This document shows positions 16,968 through 26,721 of a DNA stretch of 64,000 nt, piece by piece. The notes below the pieces were generated by a model. That model saw nothing but the letters and a program-made list of their open reading frames with translations, did not search any database and was not told where the DNA came from. The position numbers and the translations under genes are program-made. Location: positions 11,432 to 75,431 of the forward strand of contig CAZECJ010000002.1 in NCBI GenBank assembly GCA_964510645.1, in the 5' to 3' direction. How positions within the stretch are numbered: the stretch's first letter is position 1; every line of letters begins with the position of its first letter. This stretch comes from an uncultured Verrucomicrobiota bacterium. GTDB lineage: Bacteria; Verrucomicrobiota; Kiritimatiellia; CAIQIC01; Lenti-01.

Positions 16968-18271
16968 AGGCCCGCGGCGCTCCATTCCCGTTGGTCATGC
17001 TCCTGCTCTTGCTGGGGCTTGCCGCGTGGGCGGGTCCTGGGTCCGCGCCATGGACAATCTGGGCGCTGCCGGGCTTGGCTTTGCTGGCGCTGATAGGCGG
17101 CCTGCTGTCCGGCGGCCTTCCCGCACGAATCTGGATGGCCGGCGGAGGGATGCTGGGCCTGATCGCCTTCTATGCGTGGAACGCCTCCCATGGCTGGATC
17201 GATGGGCGCGGATTGGTCCCGCTGGCGCATCTCCGCGGGTTGCCGGCGTCCGCCTTTCCCGAAGGCACGTGGAATACCTTTCGTCTGGCCTTGGCCCTGT
17301 GCGCCGCGTTTGCCTTGGGGTTCCGGCTGTCCCGCCGGCAAATCCGCGGATTGCAGGGAATCGCGGCGGTTGCCGCGGTGGCCATGGCGTTGGTGGTCCT
17401 GATGCAGCGGTTGGAGCCGAATCCCTTCCACGTCTACGAGCACACCGGCCTCTTCGTGAACGAAAACCATTTCGCCGTTTTTTCCAATCTGTTGCTGCCG
17501 GGGGTGCTCGTGATGGCCTCGCGCGCGCGCTTCCGCGCCGTGCAGGATGGGCGGCCCGCCAGCCCCGCGGGGCTCTTCCTGCTGGCGGCCGCGCTGATGG
17601 CCGCCGCCGTGGTGCTGTGCCGCTCCCGCGCCGGCGTGGCGGTAATGGCGCTGCTGGTCGCGGCGCACGTCTGGTTGTGCCATCGAACCATCCGCGAGTA
17701 TCCGTTCGCCGGCGTTCCCCTGTCTCCGTGGCTCAAGGGCATGGGCGGGCTGTCCATCGCGGTGGCGGCAGGATTCGCCGTGCGCGCCTTCTGGCGCGAA
17801 TGGCAACAGATCGCCGTCATCGGACAGGAGTGGGCCTTCCGTTCCGGCATTTTGAAGGATGCGCTCGTCGCATGGCGGGATCATCCGGCATGGGGAATCG
17901 GTCCGGGCACGTTTTCCGCCGCGTTTCCGTACTACCAGTCAGCGGCGTTCGAAGGTCGGTCCATCCTGCATGCCCACTGCGAGCCGATCCAGTTTCTGGT
18001 CGAGTTCGGCGTGGCGGGGGCGCTCATCGTCCTGGTCGCCGTCGCGCTGGCGCTCTCCGCGCGCGGGCCGTCGCCCGCCGGGGCGACCGGCGAAATCCCG
18101 CCTTTCGCGGAATTGGAGCGCCGCGCCTTCGGCTTCGGCCTGCTCGCCTGCGGCCTGCATGGGCTGATCGATTTTCCCTTGCGGATTCCCCTGATCGTCC
18201 TGCTGGCCGCCACGTGGGCCGGGGTATGGGCCGGCACGGCTCCGTTGCGGAATGAAGAGGGGGAGGCATGA
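16964..18271 (+). CDS. O-antigen ligase / Wzy-like polymerase family membrane protein
   Basis: The product is a multi-TM protein starting 'MKARGAPFPLVMLLLLLGL'. It carries 'LCRSRAGVAVMALLVAA' and 'LHAHCEPIQFLVEFGVAGALIV' (Wzy_C-type motifs). The start shows an ATGA overlap with wzc. Confidence 0.7.
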   Translation: MKARGAPFPLVMLLLLLGLAAWAGPGSAPWTIWALPGLALLALIGGLLSGGLPARIWMAGGGMLGLIAFYAWNASHGWIDGRGLVPLAHLRGLPASAFPEGTWNTFRLALALCAAFALGFRLSRRQIRGLQGIAAVAAVAMALVVLMQRLEPNPFHVYEHTGLFVNENHFAVFSNLLLPGVLVMASRARFRAVQDGRPASPAGLFLLAAALMAAAVVLCRSRAGVAVMALLVAAHVWLCHRTIREYPFAGVPLSPWLKGMGGLSIAVAAGFAVRAFWREWQQIAVIGQEWAFRSGILKDALVAWRDHPAWGIGPGTFSAAFPYYQSAAFEGRSILHAHCEPIQFLVEFGVAGALIVLVAVALALSARGPSPAGATGEIPPFAELERRAFGFGLLACGLHGLIDFPLRIPLIVLLAATWAGVWAGTAPLRNEEGEA

Positions 18272-19140
18272 ACGCGCCCCTACCTGCCGAATCCCTTCCC
18301 GCAAAATGGGCAGTGGAAATCCGTCCCAACGCCTCCTGGCTCGATCTGTCCCTCCGCGATCTGTGGACCTACCGGGATCTGATCCGGCTCTTTGTCCGCC
18401 GCGACGTCGTGGCGCAGTACAAGCAAACGATCCTTGGGCCGCTTTGGCTGGTGCTCCAGCCGTTGCTCACCACCATCGTGTTCACGGTGTTCTTCGGAAA
18501 CGTGGCGGGCCTGTCCACCGCGGGACTGCCCAAGCTGCTGTTCTATCTCTCCGGACAAATCGTGTGGGGCTATTTCGCGGCAGTCTTGACCACGACGTCC
18601 GATACCTTCATCGGCAACGCCAACCTCTTCGGCAAGGTCTATTTTCCCCGGCTGGCGGTTCCGGTTTCAGTCCTGTTCTCGCAGCTGTTCCAGTTCGGAT
18701 TGAGAATCCTGATTTTCCTCGGGTTCTTCGCCTGGTATTTTTTCCGCGGCGCTTCGATCCATCCGACGTCCGCCCTGTGGGCCCTGCCTTTGGCGCTGCT
18801 CGTCATGATGGGCCTTGCGCTCGGCCTGGGCATCTTATTTTCCGCCCTGACCGCCAAATACCGCGATCTCCGCTTCCTGCTGACGTTCGGCGTGCAGTTG
18901 CTGATGTTCACCACCACGGCCGTCCTGCCCCTTTCCGCGATGACGTCGGCCCGCTACCGGTTGTTGGTTCTGGCCAATCCCATGACCGCGGTGATCGAAT
19001 GTTTCCGCCAGGCCGTCATGGGGGCGGGGGACTTCCGGCCGGCCTATTTGCTCTACAGTGCTGGATTTGCACTCCTCGTTCTGGTGGTCGGGGTTCTTTC
19101 CTTTACCCGCATTGAGCGGAACTTCATGGATTCGGTTTGA
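18268..19140 (+). CDS. wzm: ABC-2 type polysaccharide transporter permease
   Basis: 'RDLIRLFVRRDVVAQYKQTILGPLWLVLQPLLTTIVFTVFFG' is the ABC-2/Wzm signature region. About six TM segments are present. The start shows an ATGA overlap with the previous gene. Confidence 0.85.
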   Translation: MNAPLPAESLPAKWAVEIRPNASWLDLSLRDLWTYRDLIRLFVRRDVVAQYKQTILGPLWLVLQPLLTTIVFTVFFGNVAGLSTAGLPKLLFYLSGQIVWGYFAAVLTTTSDTFIGNANLFGKVYFPRLAVPVSVLFSQLFQFGLRILIFLGFFAWYFFRGASIHPTSALWALPLALLVMMGLALGLGILFSALTAKYRDLRFLLTFGVQLLMFTTTAVLPLSAMTSARYRLLVLANPMTAVIECFRQAVMGAGDFRPAYLLYSAGFALLVLVVGVLSFTRIERNFMDSV

Positions 19141-19146
19141 GGCAAA

Positions 19147-19203
19147 CTGAAAAGCTGAGAAACTTAAAAAGCTGAGATGCTGAAAAGCTGAGATGCTGAA
19201 ATG
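19147..19203. repeat. Short direct repeats CTGAAAAGCTGAGA(TG) flanking the four-helix-bundle gene (left arm)
   Basis: Read directly as ctgaaaagctgagaaacttaaaaagctgagatgctgaaaagctgagatgctgaaatg. This is an AT-rich island inside a GC-rich operon. Confidence 0.8.
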
Positions 19204-19572
19204 AGATTGAGCGAGGAATTGAGGGCGCGGACGAAGCGATATGCTTCCAGTATCATTCGGTTCTATGCCGGCCTGCAAAAACAACGGGAAGAAGTGCGCG
19301 TGGTTGGTCATCAATTGCTCCGCTCCGGCACTTCGGTGGCGGGGCACGCGCGGGAAGCGTCCAGGGCTCGCTCGGTCGCGGAGTTCTGCTCCAAGCTGGA
19401 TGGACTTCTACAAGAGGCCGACGAAAGTCAGCTTTGGCTGGAGTTGTTGCATGAGGATTGCAACCTCACCGGGGACGCAATGGCGCACCTGCTGAAAGAA
19501 ACCGAGGAGATCTTGGCCGTTTTCACCACGATCGTTTCGCGCAGCCGCAAAACCATTTCCAAGCCAACATGA
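19201..19572 (+). CDS. Four-helix-bundle protein (23S rRNA intervening-sequence protein family)
   Basis: 'LRARTKRYASSIIRFYAGL...VVGHQLLRSGTSVAGHAREASRARSVAEFCSKLDGLLQEADESQLWLELL' is the typical pattern of this family (..a..ii.l...lp......i..Ql.RsatSi.aNi.Ea......dF..kl.ia..E..Et..wL.l). Confidence 0.8.
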   Translation: MRLSEELRARTKRYASSIIRFYAGLQKQREEVRVVGHQLLRSGTSVAGHAREASRARSVAEFCSKLDGLLQEADESQLWLELLHEDCNLTGDAMAHLLKETEEILAVFTTIVSRSRKTISKPT

Positions 19573-19585
19573 TGCTTTCCTCCGC

Positions 19586-19697
19586 CATTTCAGACTTTCA
19601 GCTATTCCTCCGGAAAGGAAGATGGTTTCACCCTTTTCAGCGTTTCAGTTTTCAGTGTTTCAGTTTTTTGAATTCCAGTTTTTTGTATTTCAGCTTT
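19586..19697. repeat. Array of ~8 TTTCAG-containing short repeats (right arm, inverted relative to left arm)
   Basis: Read directly as atttcagactttcagct...cttttcagcgtttcagttttcagtgtttcagtttt...tatttcagcttt. This is the reverse complement of the CTGAAA(A)GCTGA units at 19147..19203. Confidence 0.75.
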
Positions 19698-19701
19698 CCC
19701 A

Positions 19702-21060
19702 ATGACTGACATCATTCTCCAGGTCGAACACCTCTCCAAGCGCTATCGCTTGGGCATGATCGGCCGTACGGCGCTGCACGAGGATCTGAGCCGCTGGATG
19801 GCGAAGGTGAGGGGCCGCCCGGATCCGACCCTGCGGGTAGACCAGTTGTTGAGGCGGGAGCATCTGGCGCAGCAGCAGGCGGGGACGGCTCGGGCGGCAT
19901 CGGAAGACCCCGACCATGTCTGGGCCTTGCGCGACGTTTCCTTTTCGCTGCGGCGGGGGGAAGTGCTGGGCGTGATTGGCCGGAACGGATCGGGCAAAAG
20001 CACCCTGCTCAAGATCCTCTCCCGCGTCACCGCTCCCACCGCCGGCGGCGCGAAGTACAACGGCCGCATCGCCAGCTTGCTGGAAGTCGGCACCGGCTTC
20101 CATCCGGAGCTGAGCGGCCGCGAAAACGTCTTCCTCAACGGCGCGATTCTCGGCATGAGCATCCGCGAAGTGCGGCGGCGCTTCGATGAAATCGTCGCCT
20201 TCGCCGAGGTCGAGAAGTTCATCGATACGCCCGTCAAGCGCTACTCGTCCGGCATGTACGTGCGGCTGGCCTTCGCCGTCGCTGCGCATCTGGAGCCGGA
20301 AATTCTCGTGGTGGACGAGGTCCTCGCGGTGGGCGACTTCGCCTTCCAGGCCAAATGCCTCGGCAAAATGGGCGAGGTGGCCAGCCAAGGCCGCACCGTG
20401 CTCTTCGTCAGCCACAACCTGGCCAGCATCCAGAACCTCTGCCAATCGGCCCTCTGGCTCGATGGCGGAACCGTCGCCATGGAAAAGGACGAGGCGGCTC
20501 GGGTGGTGGCCGCCTACGAGAAATCCGGCCGGACCGATTCGGGCGTCGTGGAAATCCGGCCCGCGCAGCATCGCGTCGTCTCGCCGTTCCAGATCCGCCG
20601 GATCGAGATCCTCGGCCGCGACGGCCACCCCACGCCGCTGCTCAAATACGGCGAACCCGTCCGCTTGCGCCTCGTCTGTGCCTGTTCCGAAACGATGGCG
20701 GGCGTCCGCACCGGGATCGTGATCCGTTCCAACGGGCTGGTGTTGAGCACGCTTCGGTCTGGCGAATGCCGGTTCGAGGCCTCCGGGACGGGCTATGCCT
20801 TGGATTGCGCGATTCCCGGCGGAGTTTTGCTGCCCGGCATGTTCGAGCTCGACGTGGGCTCGTCGCGCGATCCGGGAAACGTCGGCCTGGATTATGCGCG
20901 AGGCGTGGGTTCGTTTTCCGTTTCGGATGCCGGCCTCGACCGGAACTGGACCTATGACCGGCACGTCGCGGGAGTCGTCCGCATGCCGGGAGAGTGGAGC
21001 GCGCCGATGGTCCTTTCAGAGCACCGCCCGATTCCCGGAGAGAGGGGAGAACGCCCATGA
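19702..21060 (+). CDS. wzt: ABC polysaccharide transporter ATP-binding protein with C-terminal extension (Wzt-like)
   Basis: Walker A 'GRNGSGKST', the signature 'YSSGMYVRLAFA' and Walker B 'ILVVDEVLAVGD' are present. An extra ~200-aa beta-rich C-terminal domain follows, as in Wzt glycan-cap-binding domains. Confidence 0.85.
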   Translation: MTDIILQVEHLSKRYRLGMIGRTALHEDLSRWMAKVRGRPDPTLRVDQLLRREHLAQQQAGTARAASEDPDHVWALRDVSFSLRRGEVLGVIGRNGSGKSTLLKILSRVTAPTAGGAKYNGRIASLLEVGTGFHPELSGRENVFLNGAILGMSIREVRRRFDEIVAFAEVEKFIDTPVKRYSSGMYVRLAFAVAAHLEPEILVVDEVLAVGDFAFQAKCLGKMGEVASQGRTVLFVSHNLASIQNLCQSALWLDGGTVAMEKDEAARVVAAYEKSGRTDSGVVEIRPAQHRVVSPFQIRRIEILGRDGHPTPLLKYGEPVRLRLVCACSETMAGVRTGIVIRSNGLVLSTLRSGECRFEASGTGYALDCAIPGGVLLPGMFELDVGSSRDPGNVGLDYARGVGSFSVSDAGLDRNWTYDRHVAGVVRMPGEWSAPMVLSEHRPIPGERGERP

Positions 21061-21881
21061 ACGTCAACACCACCGTGACCAATCTCGTCGTCGGTTCCGA
21101 AGGCTTCGTCGGTCAGCCGCTGTGTGCGCATCTAGAACGGCTCGGCGAACAGGTCGTGCGCTTCGACGTCAAGCGCGGCGACCACGAGGACGCGCGCCGC
21201 GTGCGTCTTTCGCTTGCCGGCGTGGACCGCGTGTATTTCCTGGCCTGGGAAGTCGGCGGCGCCAAGTATCTCTACCGCGACGACGTGCAGTTCCGCCAAT
21301 TGGACTGGAATCTCCAGCTTTTGCTCAACGTCATGCCGCAACTGCGCGAGTCGGGCACGCCGTTCCTGTTCGTCTCCTCGCAGTTGGCGGAGGAACACGA
21401 CACCGTCTACGGCGTGACCAAGCGCCTCGGCGAGGTGTGGACCCATTTGCTGCGCGGCGTGCGGGTGCGGCTGTGGAACGTCTATGGCAGCTACGAAGAC
21501 CAGACCGAGCGCAGCCACGTCGTCGCCGATTTCGTGCACCAAGCGCTTTCGAAGGGACGGATCGAGATGATGACGACGGGCGAAGAGGTCCGCCAGTTCA
21601 TCCACGTCGACGACGTGTGCCGCGCCTTCCACGCGGCGTTGTCCCGGAAGCTCGCCGGACTCTACGACGTGACCTCCTTCGAGTGGGTGCGCGTGCTCGA
21701 TCTGGCCCAGATCATCGCCGACCTGACCGGCGCCGAGGTCGTGCCCGGTTCCCGCGTCGGTTCAACGCCCATCACGCCCATGGTCGGCAAGGTTCCCGAC
21801 TGGGCGCCGGCGCTTCCCTTGCGCGCAGGGTTGGCCCAGATGGTTGACCTCTTCCGCGCGCGCCGGAAGGCAAACGGATAG
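21057..21881 (+). CDS. NAD-dependent epimerase/dehydratase family (SDR) protein
   Basis: 'NLVVGSEGFVGQPLCAHLERLGEQVVRFD' is a GxxGxxG Rossmann motif and 'YGVTKRLGE' the YxxxK motif. The start shows an ATGA overlap with wzt. Confidence 0.75.
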   Translation: MNVNTTVTNLVVGSEGFVGQPLCAHLERLGEQVVRFDVKRGDHEDARRVRLSLAGVDRVYFLAWEVGGAKYLYRDDVQFRQLDWNLQLLLNVMPQLRESGTPFLFVSSQLAEEHDTVYGVTKRLGEVWTHLLRGVRVRLWNVYGSYEDQTERSHVVADFVHQALSKGRIEMMTTGEEVRQFIHVDDVCRAFHAALSRKLAGLYDVTSFEWVRVLDLAQIIADLTGAEVVPGSRVGSTPITPMVGKVPDWAPALPLRAGLAQMVDLFRARRKANG

Positions 21882-21891
21882 GTTCCCCGGC

Positions 21892-23157
21892 ATGAGGATC
21901 CTGCTCTATGCCCCCGCGCTCCAAGGCCATCCCCAGGTCTATGGCCGAGTGATCGGCGACGTCCTGCTGGAGGCGGGGCACGAGGTCGTGCTGGCGTCGG
22001 CGATCGACGAAGCCGGATGGCCTGCGCAGTGGCCCGATCTCCGCCCGTTCGCCGCGAATGCCCGCGTCCAGATCGTGGATGTGCGCCGCCGCAGCGCCGG
22101 GGGACGGCCGGCGCTTTCGGCGGAGGAAATGAGAACCCTGCAGGAGGACTTTCGGATCGATTCGACCCTCCTGGTCGAGGCGGATTATTTCGCCGGGGAA
22201 TTGCGGCGCATCGCGGACAAGCAGGCCCCCCGCCTGCGCGGCAGGACCGTGGGCATTTTCGCCCGGACATCCGGTTGGTTCCCGCGCGAAAACGATTACG
22301 GCGGCGCGCCCGAACCGCGGGTTTGGGGCGGCGGTCCGCGCGCCAGCCTCGGGCGCCTGAAAAACCTCGCCTGGCCCGGCCGCGATACGGCGGCCTACCT
22401 GTATCGGACCGTTTTGCTGCGGCGCCGCGCCTTGGATGCCATCGTGGTGAAAGACGAGCGCATCGCCGAGCGCTTCGGTCCGCCGGTGTTCTGGATGCCC
22501 GAAATTTACAAGGTCTTCGGCACGCGGGAGGAAGAGCGGCGGCGGGGAGATTGGGAAGCCTTTGCGGAGCCGATGCGCGACTATGCGCGGCGCGCGGGTT
22601 CCGCCAACGTGCTGCTCTATTTCGGAACCGGCGCCTGGTACAAGGGCTATGACCTGTTTCTCCGCTTGGCCGACGTCGAACCGTCGATTTATGCGCTCCA
22701 CGCCGGCGCTCCCGAGCGCCGCGAGCCGGGCAAGATCATGGCGTACGATACGGCGGGCATCCGCGCACGCCTGCTCCGTCAAGGCCGGTTGTTCGAAACC
22801 AACGCCTACGTCGAAAGCGAAGAGCTCGTCCGGCTGGCCTTCGGCAGCATCGAACGTTTTGCCTCCACCCATCGGCTTACGCTCTCCAGCGGAACCGCCC
22901 TCCAGGCCCTCGACGCCGGAAAACCCGTGCTGACGCCGGCCTTGGGCCTCGTGGGCTATCGGACCCGGCGATACCATCTCGGCCTGACCTACCGGTATTT
23001 CGACGACGCGGATCTCGCCGCCAAATGGCGCGAGTTCCGGCAAACGCCATCCACCGCCTTCGCGCAGCCGATCGCGGACTTCATGAAGCGGTTTGGTCGA
23101 GACGAGGTGGCCCGGACCTTCCGCGCGCTGCTGCTTGGCGAGGGGGGGGGAGCGTGA
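21892..23157 (+). CDS. Divergent GT-B-fold glycosyltransferase-like protein (function uncertain)
   Basis: 'MRILLYAPALQGHPQVYGRVIGDVLLEAGHEVVL' is an N-terminal GT-B-like start. The C-terminal 'LSSGTALQALDAGKPVLTP' resembles the GT1/GT4 donor-binding helix. Confidence 0.4.
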   Translation: MRILLYAPALQGHPQVYGRVIGDVLLEAGHEVVLASAIDEAGWPAQWPDLRPFAANARVQIVDVRRRSAGGRPALSAEEMRTLQEDFRIDSTLLVEADYFAGELRRIADKQAPRLRGRTVGIFARTSGWFPRENDYGGAPEPRVWGGGPRASLGRLKNLAWPGRDTAAYLYRTVLLRRRALDAIVVKDERIAERFGPPVFWMPEIYKVFGTREEERRRGDWEAFAEPMRDYARRAGSANVLLYFGTGAWYKGYDLFLRLADVEPSIYALHAGAPERREPGKIMAYDTAGIRARLLRQGRLFETNAYVESEELVRLAFGSIERFASTHRLTLSSGTALQALDAGKPVLTPALGLVGYRTRRYHLGLTYRYFDDADLAAKWREFRQTPSTAFAQPIADFMKRFGRDEVARTFRALLLGEGGGA

Positions 23158-24167
23158 AGGAATACTCGTTCAGGCAGAAAGCCGGCGCGCTGCTGTTCGA
23201 TGCCCCGCGCTTGCTTGGAGTCCTGCACGGCACCGGCCGCTGGATGCGCTATGGCAATCGGGGCGATCGTTTGCGCTTCGATCCGGAAGGCCGGGGCGTG
23301 GCGTGCGAGTGGGAATTCACCCGCACCCTCCACGTGTGCGACGTGTTTCCCGCGTTCGGGCGGAAACTGCTGGACGCCGCCTTGCGCGATTGCCCCATTC
23401 GCCTGGAGGAGACACCGGCACTGGCCGCATCGGACGGTACCGAGCCCGGAGTCTGCTTCATCGTCGGCCACCGAGGACGGGAGCGGCTGCCGCAGCTGTT
23501 GCTGGTGCTGAAAGCCATCGCTGCCCAAACCGGCGTTTCCTTCGAGTGCATCGTGGTCGAGCAGGACGCGTCGCCGCAGGTGCGCGACGAATTGCCGGAT
23601 TGGGTCAGGTACGTGCACGATCCGATCGGAGATCCGGAAACGCCCTATTCCCGTTCGCGGGCGTTCAACGCCGGGGCGGCCTTGGCGCGCGGCCGGGTCC
23701 TGATTCTCCACGACAACGATCTGTTGGTTCCGGAACGATACGCGGAATGCGCGGGGAGGTTGGTCGGAGAGGGCTTTGAGGTCGTCAATCTGAAGCGATT
23801 CATCTTCTATCGCTCCGAAGGAATCCGCGCCGGACAATCGCCGCTGGCCGGGAACGTGGAATCCGTTTTGGAAAACGCCACGGGCGGCGGCAGTTTGGCC
23901 GTCGCGCGCGAAACCTTCGATGCCCTTGGCCGCATGGACGAATCCTTCGAAGGCTGGGGGGGGGAAGACGTGGAGTTCTGGCAGCGGGCCAAGACCCGCC
24001 GCGTCTGGAACTACGGGTTTCTCCCGCTCGTCCATCTTTGGCATGCCGATCAGCCCGGCAAAACGCCGGCGAAAAAAACGCGAGGGATGGCGCGGCTCAA
24101 GCAATTGTCCGATATCCCGCCGGAACGACGCATCGAAACCCTGTTGCAGAAGGGGAGGATGCCATGA
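23154..24167 (+). CDS. GT-A fold glycosyltransferase (GT2 / beta-4-galactosyltransferase-C-like)
   Basis: 'VCFIVGHRGRERLPQLLLVLKAIAAQTGVSFECIVVEQD', 'LILHDNDLLVP' and 'ESFEGWGGEDVEFWQR' are present. The start shows a GTGA overlap with the previous gene. Confidence 0.7.
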   Translation: MKEYSFRQKAGALLFDAPRLLGVLHGTGRWMRYGNRGDRLRFDPEGRGVACEWEFTRTLHVCDVFPAFGRKLLDAALRDCPIRLEETPALAASDGTEPGVCFIVGHRGRERLPQLLLVLKAIAAQTGVSFECIVVEQDASPQVRDELPDWVRYVHDPIGDPETPYSRSRAFNAGAALARGRVLILHDNDLLVPERYAECAGRLVGEGFEVVNLKRFIFYRSEGIRAGQSPLAGNVESVLENATGGGSLAVARETFDALGRMDESFEGWGGEDVEFWQRAKTRRVWNYGFLPLVHLWHADQPGKTPAKKTRGMARLKQLSDIPPERRIETLLQKGRMP

Positions 24168-25186
24168 TCTGGTTGGTCATCCCGGGCGCCCGCGAGGGCC
24201 TGCGCGGGGCGGGGCAGTGGAAAGATCTGCAGGGCATCCGCCTCGTCCTCGGTCCGTTGGACGCCGAGTGGCGGGAATTCCGGTTCGACGAGCGGAACCT
24301 GGACGCGTTGATCGCGCAGGTCGGCGCCTCCGAATCCACGGTGATCTGGTACTACACCTTCTGGCCGGAGGCGCTGGAGGAGCTCAAGCGCCGCTGCCCG
24401 CGCGTCCGGATCGTGCTGCGAACGGTCAATGCCGAGGCCTTCCAGCATTGGATCCGCGCCGGAAAAGACTGGCGAAGGCTGCGGGGCTTGCCGCGCGACG
24501 TCTATGGATGTTTTCGGTTGCTCTGGCGCGACCGGCGCTGTTGCCGCGCAGCGGACGCGCTGGCGGGCATCAGTTCCTGGGACGATGCGCACTACTGGTC
24601 GCGCCTGGCCGGTGAGTCCGAGGTGATCAGCGCTCCGTATGTTTGCCCTTGGCCCCAACTGCTGCCGGAAGTGCGGTCCTTGCCGTGGCCAGCGCGCGAA
24701 AACGCCATCGTCTGTCTGGCGGGAACGCGGGACCCCATCGGCCGCAGCCATGTCGCCGGTTTTGCCGCGCTGGCCCGCCGGCCCGAGTTGTCCAGCTGGC
24801 GTTTGGCGTCGAGCGACGGCTTCATGGATGCTTCCGGCGACGAATTTCCGCCCCATGTGGAGCGGCTGGGCCGCATCGAGGAGCCGTGGGAGCAACTGTG
24901 CAAGGTCAAGGCGGTGGCGGTTTTGTCGCCCTTGGGCTACGGCTACAAAACCACGGTGGCCGATGCGCTGGCCGCCGGTTGCCACGTGCTGGTTCATCCG
25001 CGCCAGCACGCGCGGCTTTCGCCCGAGGAGCGCGCCAAGGCCCTTTCCGTCGATCCGGCTTCGGAAGCCGATGTCCGCCGTCTGGCCGCCGCCTTGGCCC
25101 GCCCGCCCGCCGGCGATGCGGGGGACGAATCTCGTTCGCAACTCGAGCGAAGTCGATCGGCCTGGAAGAAAATTTTGCGGATATGA
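24164..25186 (+). CDS. Hypothetical protein, possible GT-B glycosyltransferase
   Basis: The frame is coding-like with an ATGA overlap at the start. 'VAVLSPLGYGYKTTVADALAAGCHVLVHP' resembles the GT1-type C-terminal motif. Confidence 0.35.
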   Translation: MIWLVIPGAREGLRGAGQWKDLQGIRLVLGPLDAEWREFRFDERNLDALIAQVGASESTVIWYYTFWPEALEELKRRCPRVRIVLRTVNAEAFQHWIRAGKDWRRLRGLPRDVYGCFRLLWRDRRCCRAADALAGISSWDDAHYWSRLAGESEVISAPYVCPWPQLLPEVRSLPWPARENAIVCLAGTRDPIGRSHVAGFAALARRPELSSWRLASSDGFMDASGDEFPPHVERLGRIEEPWEQLCKVKAVAVLSPLGYGYKTTVADALAAGCHVLVHPRQHARLSPEERAKALSVDPASEADVRRLAAALARPPAGDAGDESRSQLERSRSAWKKILRI

Positions 25187-25779
25187 ATCCCGTGCGATTG
25201 AATTCCATCCATTACGTGCAATACCGCTTGGGCCTGGCGGCGGCCTCCACCCAGACGTCGGAAACGGAACGGGCATGCCTGCGCCGCCATGCGGCAGGGA
25301 AAAAGCGTCTCGTGGAGATCGGCGTGTGGCACGGCGTCAACACGCGGGCGTTTCGCGAGGCGATGTCGCCGGAAGGCGTGATTCTCGCCGTGGATCCCTT
25401 TCAGCGCTGTTTTTTCGGCATCCGCGGTTTCGGCTGGGCGCGGCGCATCGCCCATCGGGAAGTGGAGAAGACGAGCAACGGCCGGGTGGTGTGGATCGAG
25501 CGGTTGGGCCGGGAGGTGCCGTCGCTGGAGGAGGTCCAGCCCTTCCTGCCGGTGGATTTCATCTTCATCGACGGCGACCACACCTACAAGGGCTTGCGCG
25601 ACGATTGGCAGGCCTGGAAGGACCACGTGGCCGCCGGCGGCATCGTCGCCCTCCACGATTCGCGTTGCCGGAATGGATGCGGGTCGGAACGATTCACCCG
25701 GGACGCGATCCTACGGGACTCTGGATTCGAGCGGACGGACGAAATCGACTCCCTGACGGTCCTGAGGAGGAAGGCATGA
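25183..25779 (+). CDS. Class I SAM-dependent methyltransferase (Methyltransf_24-like)
   Basis: 'RLVEIGVWHGVNTRAFREAM...ILAVDPF' and 'FIFIDGDHTYKGLRDDWQAWKDHVAAGGIVALHD' are present. Both ends show ATGA overlaps. Confidence 0.7.
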   Translation: MNPVRLNSIHYVQYRLGLAAASTQTSETERACLRRHAAGKKRLVEIGVWHGVNTRAFREAMSPEGVILAVDPFQRCFFGIRGFGWARRIAHREVEKTSNGRVVWIERLGREVPSLEEVQPFLPVDFIFIDGDHTYKGLRDDWQAWKDHVAAGGIVALHDSRCRNGCGSERFTRDAILRDSGFERTDEIDSLTVLRRKA

Positions 25780-26720
25780 ATGCGCCGGCCGTTTCCGTCG
25801 TGATGGGCGTGTACAACAACGCCGACACGCTGCCGGCGGCGCTCGACAGCATCCTGTCGCAGCACAGCGCGGAACTGGAATTCATCGTCGTCGACGACGG
25901 TTCCACTGACGGCTCCGCCGCGATCCTCGATGAGGCAGCGAAAGCGGATTCCCGCCTGAAGGTCGTACACAAGAAGAACGAAGGCCTGACCCGCGCGCTG
26001 ATCGACGGCTGCGCTCTGGCCGTCGCGCCTTGGATCGCGCGCCAGGACGCCGACGATGTTTCGCTGCCGGGCCGCCTAGCCGCGCTGCTGGATTTGACCC
26101 AGCAACGTCCCGATGCCGTTTTGCTGGCTTCGGCGGTTTGGTGTGTGGGACCTCGGGGGGAACGGCTGCGGGAGGTTGAGGTTGAATCCGATCCCGCGGT
26201 GGCCCGGCACCAACTGCTGAATGAAAAGATCGGTCCTCCGGCGCATGGCAGCGTGATGTTTTCGCGGGAGGCCTATCAAGCGGTCGATGGCTACCGCGCC
26301 TGTTTCTATTACGGCCAGGATTCCGATCTGTGGATGCGGTTGGCCGAACGCGGCGGCGTCGCCTATCGGATCGAGCCGTTCTATGCCTATCGCTGGGATC
26401 CCAATGCGATTTCCGGCGCGAGCCGGTCGCTGCAACGGAAGTTTGGCCGGTGGGGACAGGCCTGCCGTCGCGCCCGGGCGGTCGGAAAAAGCGAAGAACC
26501 GTTCCTCTGCCAAGCGGCACACCTGGCCGACGATATTCGTCGCGGCCGCGTGAAAATGGCGCGGGCGGCGGATCGGGCGATCGGCCTTTACCATGCCGGG
26601 TGCCTGATGGAAATGTCCGATCCATCCGGCGCGCGGGACTACTTCCGGCAGGCGGTCTCCGTCCATCCGCTTTTCGTGCGAGCCTGGCTCAAACTGCTGG
26701 GAATCGGAAGGCGGGCCTAG
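25776..26720 (+). CDS. Glycosyltransferase family 2
   Basis: 'VSVVMGVYNNADTLPAALDSILSQHSAELEFIVVDDGSTDGSAAIL' and 'ARQDADDVSLPGRL' (DxD region) are present. Confidence 0.85.
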   Translation: MNAPAVSVVMGVYNNADTLPAALDSILSQHSAELEFIVVDDGSTDGSAAILDEAAKADSRLKVVHKKNEGLTRALIDGCALAVAPWIARQDADDVSLPGRLAALLDLTQQRPDAVLLASAVWCVGPRGERLREVEVESDPAVARHQLLNEKIGPPAHGSVMFSREAYQAVDGYRACFYYGQDSDLWMRLAERGGVAYRIEPFYAYRWDPNAISGASRSLQRKFGRWGQACRRARAVGKSEEPFLCQAAHLADDIRRGRVKMARAADRAIGLYHAGCLMEMSDPSGARDYFRQAVSVHPLFVRAWLKLLGIGRRA

Positions 26721-26721
26721 C

